A DNA stretch of 64,000 bases. Source: an uncultured Chlorobiaceae bacterium. Lineage in GTDB: Bacteria > Bacteroidota > Ignavibacteria > UBA10030 > SZUA-254. The stretch's first letter is position 1. Each line of letters opens with the position of its first letter. The stretch covers positions 134,450 through 198,449 of the forward strand of contig CAZFQL010000002.1 in assembly GCA_964520905.1 (NCBI GenBank), in the 5' to 3' direction. The notes below the pieces were generated by a model that ran no database searches, was not told where the DNA came from, and saw only the letters and a program-made list of their open reading frames with translations. This document shows, in pieces, positions 30,948 through 39,927 of the stretch. Both the position numbers and the translations under genes were made by a program.

Positions 30948-32114
30948 ATGATTGTATTAATTGTAATTCTTACGATTATTGTATTTGTGATTGTAGATTT
31001 TCTTTTACGAACACTGATGCAAAGAGTACAAAAAGTAAAATTAGAAAAAGAAAGGTCAGAAGCTCTTTATGTCGGATTAAGACTTGATTTTACAAGTGAA
31101 GCAAAATCCCTGAAACGCGTAGAAGTACAAAATCCAAAAGCCAAAATTCTGTGTGTTGATGATGAACCGGTAATTTTGGACAGCTTTAGGAAAATTCTAG
31201 TCGTTGATGGTTACTCTGTCGATACGGTGGAGACCGGGGCAGAAGTTCTTGGACTTATACAAAAACGAGACTATGATTTTGTTTTCACAGATCTTAAGAT
31301 GCCGGAAATGGATGGTGTGGATGTAACAAAAGCTGTGAAACATTTACGTCCCGATATTGATGTAATTGTAATTACCGGTTATGCAGCAGTCGAAACAGCC
31401 GTAGAAACCATGAAGTTTGGTGCTATGGATTATGTGCAAAAACCATTTACCGAAGGTGAATTAATTGAGTTTGTTAACAAATCTCTAATTAAGCGTCAGG
31501 AAAAAATTGAAAAACAGATGAAACCGACTGTACGATTAGTAACAGGTACGACAGCAGAATCTAGTTCGAAGCATGAATTCAATGTACCGGCAGGGGTTTT
31601 TATAGCCCATCAACACACATGGATAACAATTGAGATGAACGGCATAGTACGAATAGGAATTGATGATTTCATAAGAAAAATATTGAGAAAGATCGACGGA
31701 GTTGAGTTACCTAAAATTGGTAGTAAAATTAAGAAAGGAGATTTGTTGTTTACAATAAAACAGGAACATCAGTCATTCGATATTCCTTCTCCAATAAGCG
31801 GAAGAGTTATATCCGTAAATTCTGAACATGCAGAACACCCCGAGTGGATTGTGATAAAGCCCTTCGAGCTTAGCTGGATGTGTTTAATCGAACCTTCAAG
31901 TCTTTCTGAAGAATTACATTACTTAAAAATTGGACGTGAAACCATTGATTGGTACCAACAGGAAATAAATAAGTACAATGAGATTTTAAGAAAAGCTGAA
32001 AAAGAGAAAGAGCAAATTGAATCATCTGGCGAAGGAAATAATGCAGCAGAGAAAGAAAGGTTAGATAAGAAAATTTGGGGGGAGTTTTCGCAAACCTTTC
32101 TCAATAAAAAATAA
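30948..32114 (+). CDS. Membrane-anchored response regulator: N-terminal TM helix + CheY-like receiver + C-terminal GcvH-like (glycine cleavage H-protein fold) domain
   Basis: TM MIVLIVILTIIVFVIVDFLL. REC with DDE pocket, phospho-Asp (FTDLKMP), T (ITGY) and K (QKPF). C-terminal region HQHTWITIEMNGIVRIGIDDF...LPKIGSKIKKGDLLFTIKQ...SPISGRVISVN aligns with GcvH (HEW...G..T.GIT.HAQ..LGD...V.LP.VG..V..G......ESVKA.S.I.APVSG.I..VN). Confidence 0.8.
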   Translation: MIVLIVILTIIVFVIVDFLLRTLMQRVQKVKLEKERSEALYVGLRLDFTSEAKSLKRVEVQNPKAKILCVDDEPVILDSFRKILVVDGYSVDTVETGAEVLGLIQKRDYDFVFTDLKMPEMDGVDVTKAVKHLRPDIDVIVITGYAAVETAVETMKFGAMDYVQKPFTEGELIEFVNKSLIKRQEKIEKQMKPTVRLVTGTTAESSSKHEFNVPAGVFIAHQHTWITIEMNGIVRIGIDDFIRKILRKIDGVELPKIGSKIKKGDLLFTIKQEHQSFDIPSPISGRVISVNSEHAEHPEWIVIKPFELSWMCLIEPSSLSEELHYLKIGRETIDWYQQEINKYNEILRKAEKEKEQIESSGEGNNAAEKERLDKKIWGEFSQTFLNKK

Positions 32115-32168
32115 TAAATTTCAGGTAGTTATATTGTTTTTAAATTTAATATCTAAAATGAGGTAATT

Positions 32169-32705
32169 ATGATTAAATATCTTTTCATTGCGCAAACAAT
32201 ATTCCTTTTAATAGCTGGCGTTTTAAGTGCTCCATTTAAAAAAGGAACTGAATTAGGCAAAGTAGTAACTTCATACAGATCGGAAATAAACTCTACTTTA
32301 GCAACAAGTATCTCCAATGAGGACACCTTGCAAATACCATCTGAATTAAAAATACCCTCCTCTCTTGGGGAGGTTGTATTTCCTCATAAACTCCATCTGG
32401 AAGATTTGGAAATCAAATGTGTAGAGTGTCATCATCAACTTAATGCTAAAAAATTAAATACCCCACATCCAAATTATTTGAAGAATAGTTGCAGCAGTTG
32501 TCATGTTGAATCAGATAAGACCCATAAAAAAATTTATAATTGTACGGTATGCCATCGTTCTCACATTGCAAATATAGCTGACGAAATGCTAAGTAGAAAA
32601 GTAGCCATACATGAAAAATGCTGGCAGTGTCATGAGTCTGAAACAGGTAAGCAAGCAAGTGAAAATTGCGGGATGTGCCACAATGGTAAAAAAACAAAGT
32701 TTTAA
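32169..32705 (+). CDS. Periplasmic pentaheme cytochrome c, c3/c7 family
   Basis: Signal peptide and five CXXCH motifs (CVECH, CSSCH, CTVCH, CWQCH, CGMCH). VVFPHKLH matches the c7/c3 distal-His signature (PpcA VKFPHKAH). Confidence 0.85.
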   Translation: MIKYLFIAQTIFLLIAGVLSAPFKKGTELGKVVTSYRSEINSTLATSISNEDTLQIPSELKIPSSLGEVVFPHKLHLEDLEIKCVECHHQLNAKKLNTPHPNYLKNSCSSCHVESDKTHKKIYNCTVCHRSHIANIADEMLSRKVAIHEKCWQCHESETGKQASENCGMCHNGKKTKF

Positions 32706-32749
32706 TTTTATAATTCTTTTATATAGATTGCATTTCAATAGGAGTTACG

Positions 32750-33610
32750 ATGAACAGAAGAAATTTTATTAGAACAACAGCTACCATTAGTACAGCAGCT
32801 TTACCTCTGGGGAAATTAAATGCTCAGGAGAATAAAGAGAAAAAGGAATTTGTCGGAGTGCTGGTTGATACAACTAGATGCCTCGGATGTAGATTGTGTG
32901 AGGTTGCTTGTTCTGAAGAGCACGGCAATTATGTGCCAGACGTGAAAAATGATCATGCCCTTGAAAAAATTAGAGATACGAGTGAAAAACAGTGGACTGT
33001 TGTGAACAGATTTGAAACCAAAAACGGTGAAGTGTTCGTAAAAAGACAATGTATGCACTGCTGGCAACCAGCATGTACTGCAGCTTGCCTTACTAATGCA
33101 ATGTTTAAAACTAAAGAAGGACCGGTTACTTGGGATGGAGATAAATGTATGGGATGCAGATATTGCATGGTATCCTGCCCATTCGATATTCCCAAATTTG
33201 AATATAACAAATGGAATCCAAAAATCCAGAAATGCAATATGTGTTATGAAAGATTGCAAGAAGGTAAGAAACCAGCCTGTGTACAAGCTTGTCCAAAAGA
33301 TGCCTTATTATTCGGCATTAAAAGAGAACTCATGGAAGTGGCAAGACACCGTGTTTACAGTTATCCTGATAAATATGTCCATAAAATATATGGAGAACAT
33401 GAGGTAGGGGGAACCGGTTGGCTTTATCTTTCAGGAGTTCCGTTTGAGCAAATCGGATTTAGGACAGACCTTGGTACAACTCCATATCCTGAATATACAA
33501 AAGAATTCCTCTTTTCTGTTCCACTTGTTTTATTCGGTGTACCTGCACTATTGTTTGGCTTTAATTTGCTAACGGACAGGAAAAATGAAATAAATAAAAG
33601 GGAGAGATAG
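32750..33610 (+). CDS. Tat-exported 4Fe-4S ferredoxin-type subunit (NrfC/HybA/PsrB-like) with C-terminal TM anchor
   Basis: Tat signal MNRRNFIRTTA. Four Cys clusters: CLGCRLCEVAC, CMHCWQPACTAAC, CMGCRYCMVSCP and CNMCYERLQEGKKPACVQACP. C-terminal helix FLFSVPLVLFGVPALLFGF. Confidence 0.85.
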   Translation: MNRRNFIRTTATISTAALPLGKLNAQENKEKKEFVGVLVDTTRCLGCRLCEVACSEEHGNYVPDVKNDHALEKIRDTSEKQWTVVNRFETKNGEVFVKRQCMHCWQPACTAACLTNAMFKTKEGPVTWDGDKCMGCRYCMVSCPFDIPKFEYNKWNPKIQKCNMCYERLQEGKKPACVQACPKDALLFGIKRELMEVARHRVYSYPDKYVHKIYGEHEVGGTGWLYLSGVPFEQIGFRTDLGTTPYPEYTKEFLFSVPLVLFGVPALLFGFNLLTDRKNEINKRER

Positions 33611-33613
33611 AAA

Positions 33614-34813
33614 ATGATTAATACTGCAGTTTTCAGTGGTGAATTTAAAAGGTTTATTAAGTTTTTTATACAAGAATTAAAACCCCGAGGTAAATGGCTC
33701 ACACCATTTAATGTTATATCTATTCCAATTATACTTTTAGGTCTTGTAATCCTTTTCTTTCGGTTTACTCAGGGGCTTGGATCGGTTACTAATCTTTCTC
33801 AGCAATTTCCATGGGGATTCTGGATTGGGTTTGATGTTGTTACTGGTGTGGCTTTTGCTGGTGGTGCTTATGTTATCACTTTTGTCGTTTATGTAATGAG
33901 AGTTGATAAATATCATTCTATTGTTAGAGTAACAGTTTTAAACGGATTATTGGCTTACATTTTTTACGCTGGCGCATTGGTTTTGGATTTGGGAAGACCT
34001 TGGCATATAATTAATCCAATTATAGGCAACTCGTTTGGTTTTAACTCAGTATTATTTTTAGTCTCGTGGCATTTCATGCTTTACATGATTGCGGAGTTTG
34101 TTGAGTTTTCACCTGTAATCGCAGAATGGGCACATTGGGAGAAAATACGTAAATTTGTTACTGCACTTACTCTTGGAGCTGTCATATTCGGAATTTCACT
34201 TTCAATGTTACACCAGTCAGGTCTTGGCGCGCTCTTTTTAATGGCAAAGCCCAAAATACATCCGCTCTGGTATTCTGAATTTATTCCGATCCTATTTTTT
34301 GTGTCAAGCATTTTTGCCGGTTTATCAATGATAATTTTTGAAGGAACTATAAGCCACAAAGTTTTCAAAGATAAGATTGACCCCAAGAGTCATGGTACAT
34401 TTGATGATATAATTTTTGGTTTAGCAAAAGGGGCCGCCATTTCGATGTTTGTATATTATTTTTTTAAGGCACTTATCTTCATCCATGGAGAAGAATGGGT
34501 TCTTATAAATGATTTTTGGGGCTTCTGGTTCCTTTTAGAAGTGATTGGTTTTGTTCTGATTCCATGTTTTATGTTTGCCTATGGAGTAAAACACAGGAGT
34601 TTAGGTATTATACGAGTTGCATCTGTATTAACCTTAATTGGTATAATTCTCAATAGATTAAATATATCAATCATCACATTTAATTGGACTTCACAGGTAA
34701 GGTATTATCCATCCTGGCAAGAAATAGTAGTGACACTGATGGTTATATTCTCTGAGATTTGGGTCTTCCGATGGGTTGTTACAAGGATGCCTGTATTTCA
34801 GAAATCTCATTAG
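33614..34813 (+). CDS. NrfD/PsrC-family integral membrane quinol-interacting subunit
   Basis: 399 aa, polytopic. Starts 4 bp after the NrfC-like stop. Has the NrfD-family arrangement. Confidence 0.75.
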   Translation: MINTAVFSGEFKRFIKFFIQELKPRGKWLTPFNVISIPIILLGLVILFFRFTQGLGSVTNLSQQFPWGFWIGFDVVTGVAFAGGAYVITFVVYVMRVDKYHSIVRVTVLNGLLAYIFYAGALVLDLGRPWHIINPIIGNSFGFNSVLFLVSWHFMLYMIAEFVEFSPVIAEWAHWEKIRKFVTALTLGAVIFGISLSMLHQSGLGALFLMAKPKIHPLWYSEFIPILFFVSSIFAGLSMIIFEGTISHKVFKDKIDPKSHGTFDDIIFGLAKGAAISMFVYYFFKALIFIHGEEWVLINDFWGFWFLLEVIGFVLIPCFMFAYGVKHRSLGIIRVASVLTLIGIILNRLNISIITFNWTSQVRYYPSWQEIVVTLMVIFSEIWVFRWVVTRMPVFQKSH

Positions 34814-34848
34814 CATAAAATATTCTTTAAAATATAATGGATTAAAAA

Positions 34849-34980
34849 ATGGAAACATATACATACGTAAACATCTTTGAAACAAAAGGACTGGAATATC
34901 TTTTATTAATTTGTTTTCTTGTACTTTTTGTGCTGTTAGTCCGATATCTATCCCCTACGAATAAAAAAAACAGAGACTAG
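34849..34980 (+). CDS. Small single-TM protein (43 aa), possible accessory subunit
   Basis: METYTYVNIFETKGLEYLLLICFLVLFVLLVRYLSPTNKKNRD lies 35 bp after nrfD-like. No strong RBS. Below the size cutoff of the ORF track. Confidence 0.25.
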   Translation: METYTYVNIFETKGLEYLLLICFLVLFVLLVRYLSPTNKKNRD

Positions 34981-35343
34981 AGAATTGACATATAATTGAA
35001 TATCTATTCCGGCTCAGATACTTGTAGCGGATAAAATACAAAATCTCGGTAATTTTGGATGATATTAAATAACGGACGAATTTCTATAAAAGATAAAAAA
35101 ACACGGCTCTGTGTCGTTTTATATAGGTAAAACAATGATTAAATTAGAAAGATGATTAGCTAAGAATTATTAAATGATAATTAACTACACGTAATGATGA
35201 TAAGGAAGATTTGCATCAAGATTTGAATTTTAGTACAGAGCAAGCTTGCAATAATTGTCATGATGATTACTGTTTTCCAAAGCAAAAACCAGGAAAGTTA
35301 GTTGGTAAATAATTAAATTTGAATTGAATAATAATTTCGTAAT

Positions 35344-37215
35344 ATGCTTTTTAAGAAGATTGGTTTTCGGTTAATATTTGCTGTTGCATTAACATCGCTT
35401 GTAATAATTGGCGTGTTTGCGTACTTCAATATCAAATCGCAGAGCAGCAGCTTGATATCTGAAGTTGAGCGACACGCAAACCAGCTTGGTGAAACCGTTA
35501 TATCAAGTACACGTTTTGATATGATGTTAAATCAAAGAGATAGAATTCAACAGACGATTAATTCAATTGGAACGCAGCCGCAAATAAGAGATGTGAGAAT
35601 TATAAATAAAATCGGTGAGATTATTTATTCATCCGATTCTAAAAACATCAATAAAATGGTTGATAAGCGTGCTGAGAGTTGTTATGCCTGCCACTCGGAA
35701 GATCAACCTTTAGAGCAGATATCTATCACCGAGCGAACCCGAATATTCAAGATTCATCCAGACTCCAACCGTGTTCTTGGAATAATTACCCCGATTTACA
35801 ACGAAACATCGTGCTGGCAGGCAAAATGCCACGCGCATCCACAAAATCAAAAAGTTCTCGGTGTACTGGATGTTTCTATATCTCTTGCAGAGGTTGATAA
35901 AGCGATTATTACACGAGAATGGGAAATTGTGATCTTTGCAATCGTTGCAATAATCACTGTCGGATTATTAATAGCTTTCTTCGTAAGGCGCTGGGTATCT
36001 AATCCCGTTAATGATTTATTAAATGCGACACAACAGGTTAGTCAGGGTAATTTGAATTATGCCATTAAAGATCTCAGCGATGATGAAATAGGGAAACTTG
36101 GTTCTTCATTTAACAATATGACAAAGAAACTTGCAGAAGCACGCATGCAGCTTTTTCAATCGGATAAAATGGCTTCGCTCGGGCGGCTTGCTGCAGGTGT
36201 TGCACACGAAATAAATAACCCTCTTACTGGAGTTCTTACATACAGCAGTTTTCTTTTAAAAAGAACAAAGAATAATCCCGAACTTCAAGAAGATCTGAAT
36301 ATTATTGTCAGAGAAACTATACGAAGCCGGGAAATTGTAAAAAGCTTATTAGATTTTGCACGTCAATCAGTTCCCAGAAAAAGCAGTGCAAGTATAAATG
36401 AAATTATTGACAAAGCAATCATTGTGGTTGAAAAACAGTTGTCGTTCAAAAAAATAAAAATTATAAGACAGTCGGAAAATAAACTTCCCCAAATAACTGT
36501 CGATTCAAATCAAATTCAGCAAGTATTCATTAATCTTTTTGTAAATGCTTCAGATGCAATTGGCAAAGACGGCGGAACAATAACAATAGTTAAAAAACAA
36601 ATTTCTCTTTCCCCATTTGGAGTTGCTCAAATAAAGAAAGCATCATGTCCAAAACGTCATAGTCTAATTGATAATGATTTTAAGATTGACGGACTACCAG
36701 CATTGAAAGTGAAAGTGGTTTCTGCCGGTAAGGAGGGAATAATTCATCTTGATCCAGTTTACGGGAAACATCGTAACTATTATTATCCTGATGTTAAAAT
36801 AGATAAAGACACAAAATTTGTTTGTCCAGATTGCGATACATCTCTTGTTCAACTGGACAAATTCTGCCCCAAATGTGGTGCACCTGCTCTTGCATTCGAG
36901 ATCAACGGACAGGGTGTTTACGAAGTATGCTCTTCCGAAAACAGTAACTGGGAGAAATGGGATTTTATTGACTCTTCAGGATTAAAAGATTATATAGAAA
37001 TAAAAATCAGCGACACGGGTTGCGGAATAAGTAAAGATGATCTTCAAAAAATCTTTGAGCCATTTTTCTCAACCAAAGGACAAAAAGGTACCGGACTTGG
37101 TTTGGCTGTTATCTGGGGAATAATTGATAATCATAACGGAACAATAAACGTTGAAAGCGAGGAAGGAAAGGGTACAACTTTCGTTGTCCGACTTCCTCTT
37201 ACGCAGCAGAAGTAA
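35344..37215 (+). CDS. Sensor histidine kinase with c-type-heme-binding periplasmic domain (TM-periplasmic-TM-HAMP-HisKA-HATPase_c with zinc-ribbon insertion)
   Basis: TM1 at about 8-28 and TM2 IVIFAIVAIITVGLLIAFFV. The periplasmic segment carries CYACH (CXXCH) and CWQAKCH (CX4CH). H-box is AHEINNPL, N-box NLFVNASDA, G-box DTGCGI...GTGLGL. A roughly 120 aa insert between N and G1 contains CPDCD-x11-CPKCG. Confidence 0.85.
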   Translation: MLFKKIGFRLIFAVALTSLVIIGVFAYFNIKSQSSSLISEVERHANQLGETVISSTRFDMMLNQRDRIQQTINSIGTQPQIRDVRIINKIGEIIYSSDSKNINKMVDKRAESCYACHSEDQPLEQISITERTRIFKIHPDSNRVLGIITPIYNETSCWQAKCHAHPQNQKVLGVLDVSISLAEVDKAIITREWEIVIFAIVAIITVGLLIAFFVRRWVSNPVNDLLNATQQVSQGNLNYAIKDLSDDEIGKLGSSFNNMTKKLAEARMQLFQSDKMASLGRLAAGVAHEINNPLTGVLTYSSFLLKRTKNNPELQEDLNIIVRETIRSREIVKSLLDFARQSVPRKSSASINEIIDKAIIVVEKQLSFKKIKIIRQSENKLPQITVDSNQIQQVFINLFVNASDAIGKDGGTITIVKKQISLSPFGVAQIKKASCPKRHSLIDNDFKIDGLPALKVKVVSAGKEGIIHLDPVYGKHRNYYYPDVKIDKDTKFVCPDCDTSLVQLDKFCPKCGAPALAFEINGQGVYEVCSSENSNWEKWDFIDSSGLKDYIEIKISDTGCGISKDDLQKIFEPFFSTKGQKGTGLGLAVIWGIIDNHNGTINVESEEGKGTTFVVRLPLTQQK

Positions 37216-37224
37216 CTTTAATGT

Positions 37225-38043
37225 ATGAGTAAAACAGCAAACATATTGGTTATTGATGATGAGAAGGTAATAATAGATGGAGTAGTTAAAATCTGCTCAC
37301 TCGAAAATTACTCAATTGATGTTGCTTTAAATATAAAAACAGCCATTGAAAAGATCTCAAAAAAATATTACTCAGTTATTATCTGCGATATTATGATGCC
37401 CGATGGTGATGGTTTCCAGGTTTTAAATGAGCTTCAAACGAGAAATATAGACAGTGCTTTAATAATGATGACAGGTTATTCGACTGTAGAAAACGCTGTT
37501 AATTCACTTTACCGGGGTGCGATAGATTTTATTCCCAAACCATTTACGGTTGACGAGTTGCTGAGTTCAATTTATCGCGCAAACAAATATCAGCAAATTA
37601 AAGAAAAGCAAAAACAATCCTCAAGAGATAATCATAAAGTTGAACTATTTTACGTTGAATGTCCGTCAAAATATTATCGCCTCGGTCGTTCAAGCTGGTT
37701 GTTTGAAGAAAGAGACGGTTCAGTTTTAATAGGTGTTTGCGATTTTTTTCTTTCAACGATTGATTCAATAACGGAAATCGAATTTCTTGAGCTTGAAGAA
37801 GAAATTGCACAAGGCATTAGCTGCCTTACAATCAAATCAAGCGATGAGAGAATACATAAAATTCATTCTCCCGTTTCAGGCAGAATAATTGATGTGAATA
37901 AAAATCTTAAATTAGTTTCTAATCTGATCGAAAAAGATCCGTACTTTGAAGGATGGGTATATCGCGTTATACCTCATGACCTTGGTTATGAAATTAAAAA
38001 TTTGGTTCCTTGCAGTTCAGATAGAATGCAGATTCGTACTTAA
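37225..38043 (+). CDS. Response regulator: receiver domain + GcvH-like C-terminal domain (soluble)
   Basis: REC with ILVIDDEKV, ICDIMMPDGDG, MMTGY and PKPF. C-terminus YYRLGRSSWLFEERDGSVLIGVCDF...CLTIKSSDERIHKIHSPVSGRIIDVNKNLKLVSNLIEKDPYFEGWVYRVIP aligns with GcvH, including PY.GW. Starts 10 bp after the kinase. Confidence 0.8.
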   Translation: MSKTANILVIDDEKVIIDGVVKICSLENYSIDVALNIKTAIEKISKKYYSVIICDIMMPDGDGFQVLNELQTRNIDSALIMMTGYSTVENAVNSLYRGAIDFIPKPFTVDELLSSIYRANKYQQIKEKQKQSSRDNHKVELFYVECPSKYYRLGRSSWLFEERDGSVLIGVCDFFLSTIDSITEIEFLELEEEIAQGISCLTIKSSDERIHKIHSPVSGRIIDVNKNLKLVSNLIEKDPYFEGWVYRVIPHDLGYEIKNLVPCSSDRMQIRT

Positions 38044-38079
38044 CAAGAGTTCAATAAATTATTTTTTAGGAGAAACGTC

Positions 38080-39243
38080 ATGGCATTATTAATACTAGCA
38101 GTAATTATATTCATCATTGCGGATATCTTAATCCGGATGATCAGCAAGCGCTTAACTGAAAATAAGTTAAAGAAAGAACGTGAAAGTGCATTGCAGGAAA
38201 GTCTTAAGTTAGATTTTACCAGCGAAGCAAAAACATTAAAACGTGCTGAAGTCCAAAATCCAAAAGCCAAAATCCTTTGTGTTGATGATGAAGAAGTTAT
38301 TCTTGGCAGCTTCAGAAAAATTCTTGTGCTTGATGGTTACGCTATAGATACTGTAGAAACAGGTCAGGAAGCTCTTGGTTTGATACAGAAGCATCATTAT
38401 GATTTTGTTTTTACAGATCTTAAAATGCCGCTTATGGATGGAGTTGAAGTGACAAAATCAGTAAAGCATTTACGCCCCGATATAGATGTAATTATTATTA
38501 CCGGTTATGCTTCTGTGGAAACTGCCGTTGAAACAATGAAATACGGTGCAATGGATTATGTTCAAAAGCCTTTCACTGAAGACGAGCTTCTGGCATTTGT
38601 GAAGAAAATATTAATTAAAAGACAGGATAAAATTCAAAAACAGCTTAAACCAAAAGTGCATATCACTCATCTTCCAGCATCGCACGATTTTATTAAAGGT
38701 GAATTTTCAATCCCTGGCGGTGTGTTCATATCTAAGAATCATACGTGGTTTAGCATCAATCAAGAAGGAATTGCCAAAATTGGTATAGATGACTTTGCTA
38801 AAAAACTAATTGGTAAAATAGATTCGATTGAACTTCCAAATCTTGGGATGAACGTAAAAGCCGGTCAGCCCTTATTTACGGTAAAACAAGGAGACAGAAG
38901 TGTTGCTTTTAATTCTCCCATTACCGGAAAAGTATCACAGATAAATACCGTTTTGCTGAGAAATCTTGTGGCACTGGAACTGAGTTCTTATGAAAGAAAT
39001 TGGATTTGCGCTCTCGATACCGATAAAATAGATGACGAAATTAAAGGAATGTGCATCGGTAAATCTGCTGTTGCTCTATTCCAGAATGATATTGAAAAGT
39101 GCAAAATTTTATTGAAAGATCTATTGAAATCCGAAAAACGCGAAGGTGAGTATATTGAAGAAGGTCAGATTTACATCGGGCAGCTTGAAGAACTTTCTGA
39201 TGTGAATTGGCAGAAAGTAGTCGCGGAATTTTTTAGAAGATAA
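38080..39243 (+). CDS. Membrane-anchored response regulator: TM + receiver + GcvH-like domain (close paralog of 30948..32114)
   Basis: The receiver domain is nearly identical at protein level and clearly similar at DNA level to 30948..32114. C-terminus NHTWFSINQEGIAKIGIDDFAKKLIGKIDSIELPNLGMNVKAGQPLFTVKQ...SPITGKVSQIN...YERNWI is GcvH-like. Confidence 0.8.
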   Translation: MALLILAVIIFIIADILIRMISKRLTENKLKKERESALQESLKLDFTSEAKTLKRAEVQNPKAKILCVDDEEVILGSFRKILVLDGYAIDTVETGQEALGLIQKHHYDFVFTDLKMPLMDGVEVTKSVKHLRPDIDVIIITGYASVETAVETMKYGAMDYVQKPFTEDELLAFVKKILIKRQDKIQKQLKPKVHITHLPASHDFIKGEFSIPGGVFISKNHTWFSINQEGIAKIGIDDFAKKLIGKIDSIELPNLGMNVKAGQPLFTVKQGDRSVAFNSPITGKVSQINTVLLRNLVALELSSYERNWICALDTDKIDDEIKGMCIGKSAVALFQNDIEKCKILLKDLLKSEKREGEYIEEGQIYIGQLEELSDVNWQKVVAEFFRR

Positions 39244-39273
39244 AAACAATTTTACTCCTATCCGCTTAAATAA

Positions 39274-39312
39274 CCTTCAAGGTCGCAGTTAAAGACCTTG
39301 AGGGTTTTTTGT
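39274..39312 (+). terminator. Rho-independent terminator ending the kinase/regulator operon
   Basis: 11 bp stem ccttcaaggtc-gcagttaaa-gaccttgaggg followed by TTTTTT. Confidence 0.75.
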
Positions 39313-39927
39313 TATTATTATAAATAATATTCTTCTCGCACAATTCCTGTAGATTCCAACTATTATGAATATCAAAAAAAAATCGTTGTCTATGTATATC
39401 TTTATATTCAAATTCTACGTTTATTTTAGACGAAGCATAACTTGATGGAATAGCGGCAATTGTTCCAATTCACCACCCCTCTAAACAATTCTATGGATTA
39501 GAATCAAATCACACCTTAATGCTAGAACGTTTGGAGAAAGAAATTATCCACAAACTCTGTCATATTTTCGAATTGATACACTGCCATCAGTTTGAGTGCA
39601 CGATGCGTTCGTCAACTTATGTCGAGGAGATCGACTTGAAACAGCACCTGCCCTGTTCATCTTGCCGGCGAATTCTGCGGGACAAAGTCAATCGTTTATA
39701 CCGCGAAGTCGGTATCGGTAAGAATGCTGTGAAATGAGTATTAAGACATAAATATCTCAAATCTGCAAAAATCCCTCTTTTTGCTTTCATTATTGATAAC
39801 TTTTTGCCTAAAATCCAGCATTAAATTCCATTATTTTATCGAAATGAAAAGATAAATTGATGGAATGATTCTTGTAATAATTAGCACCGATAACATTTAA
39901 CTTCACATCATCTGACGAAATATAATT

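Noticed and set aside
39519-39737. 72 aa Cys/His-rich small ORF upstream of PFOR
   Set aside because: No RBS or homology support. Could be real, but the evidence is insufficient.
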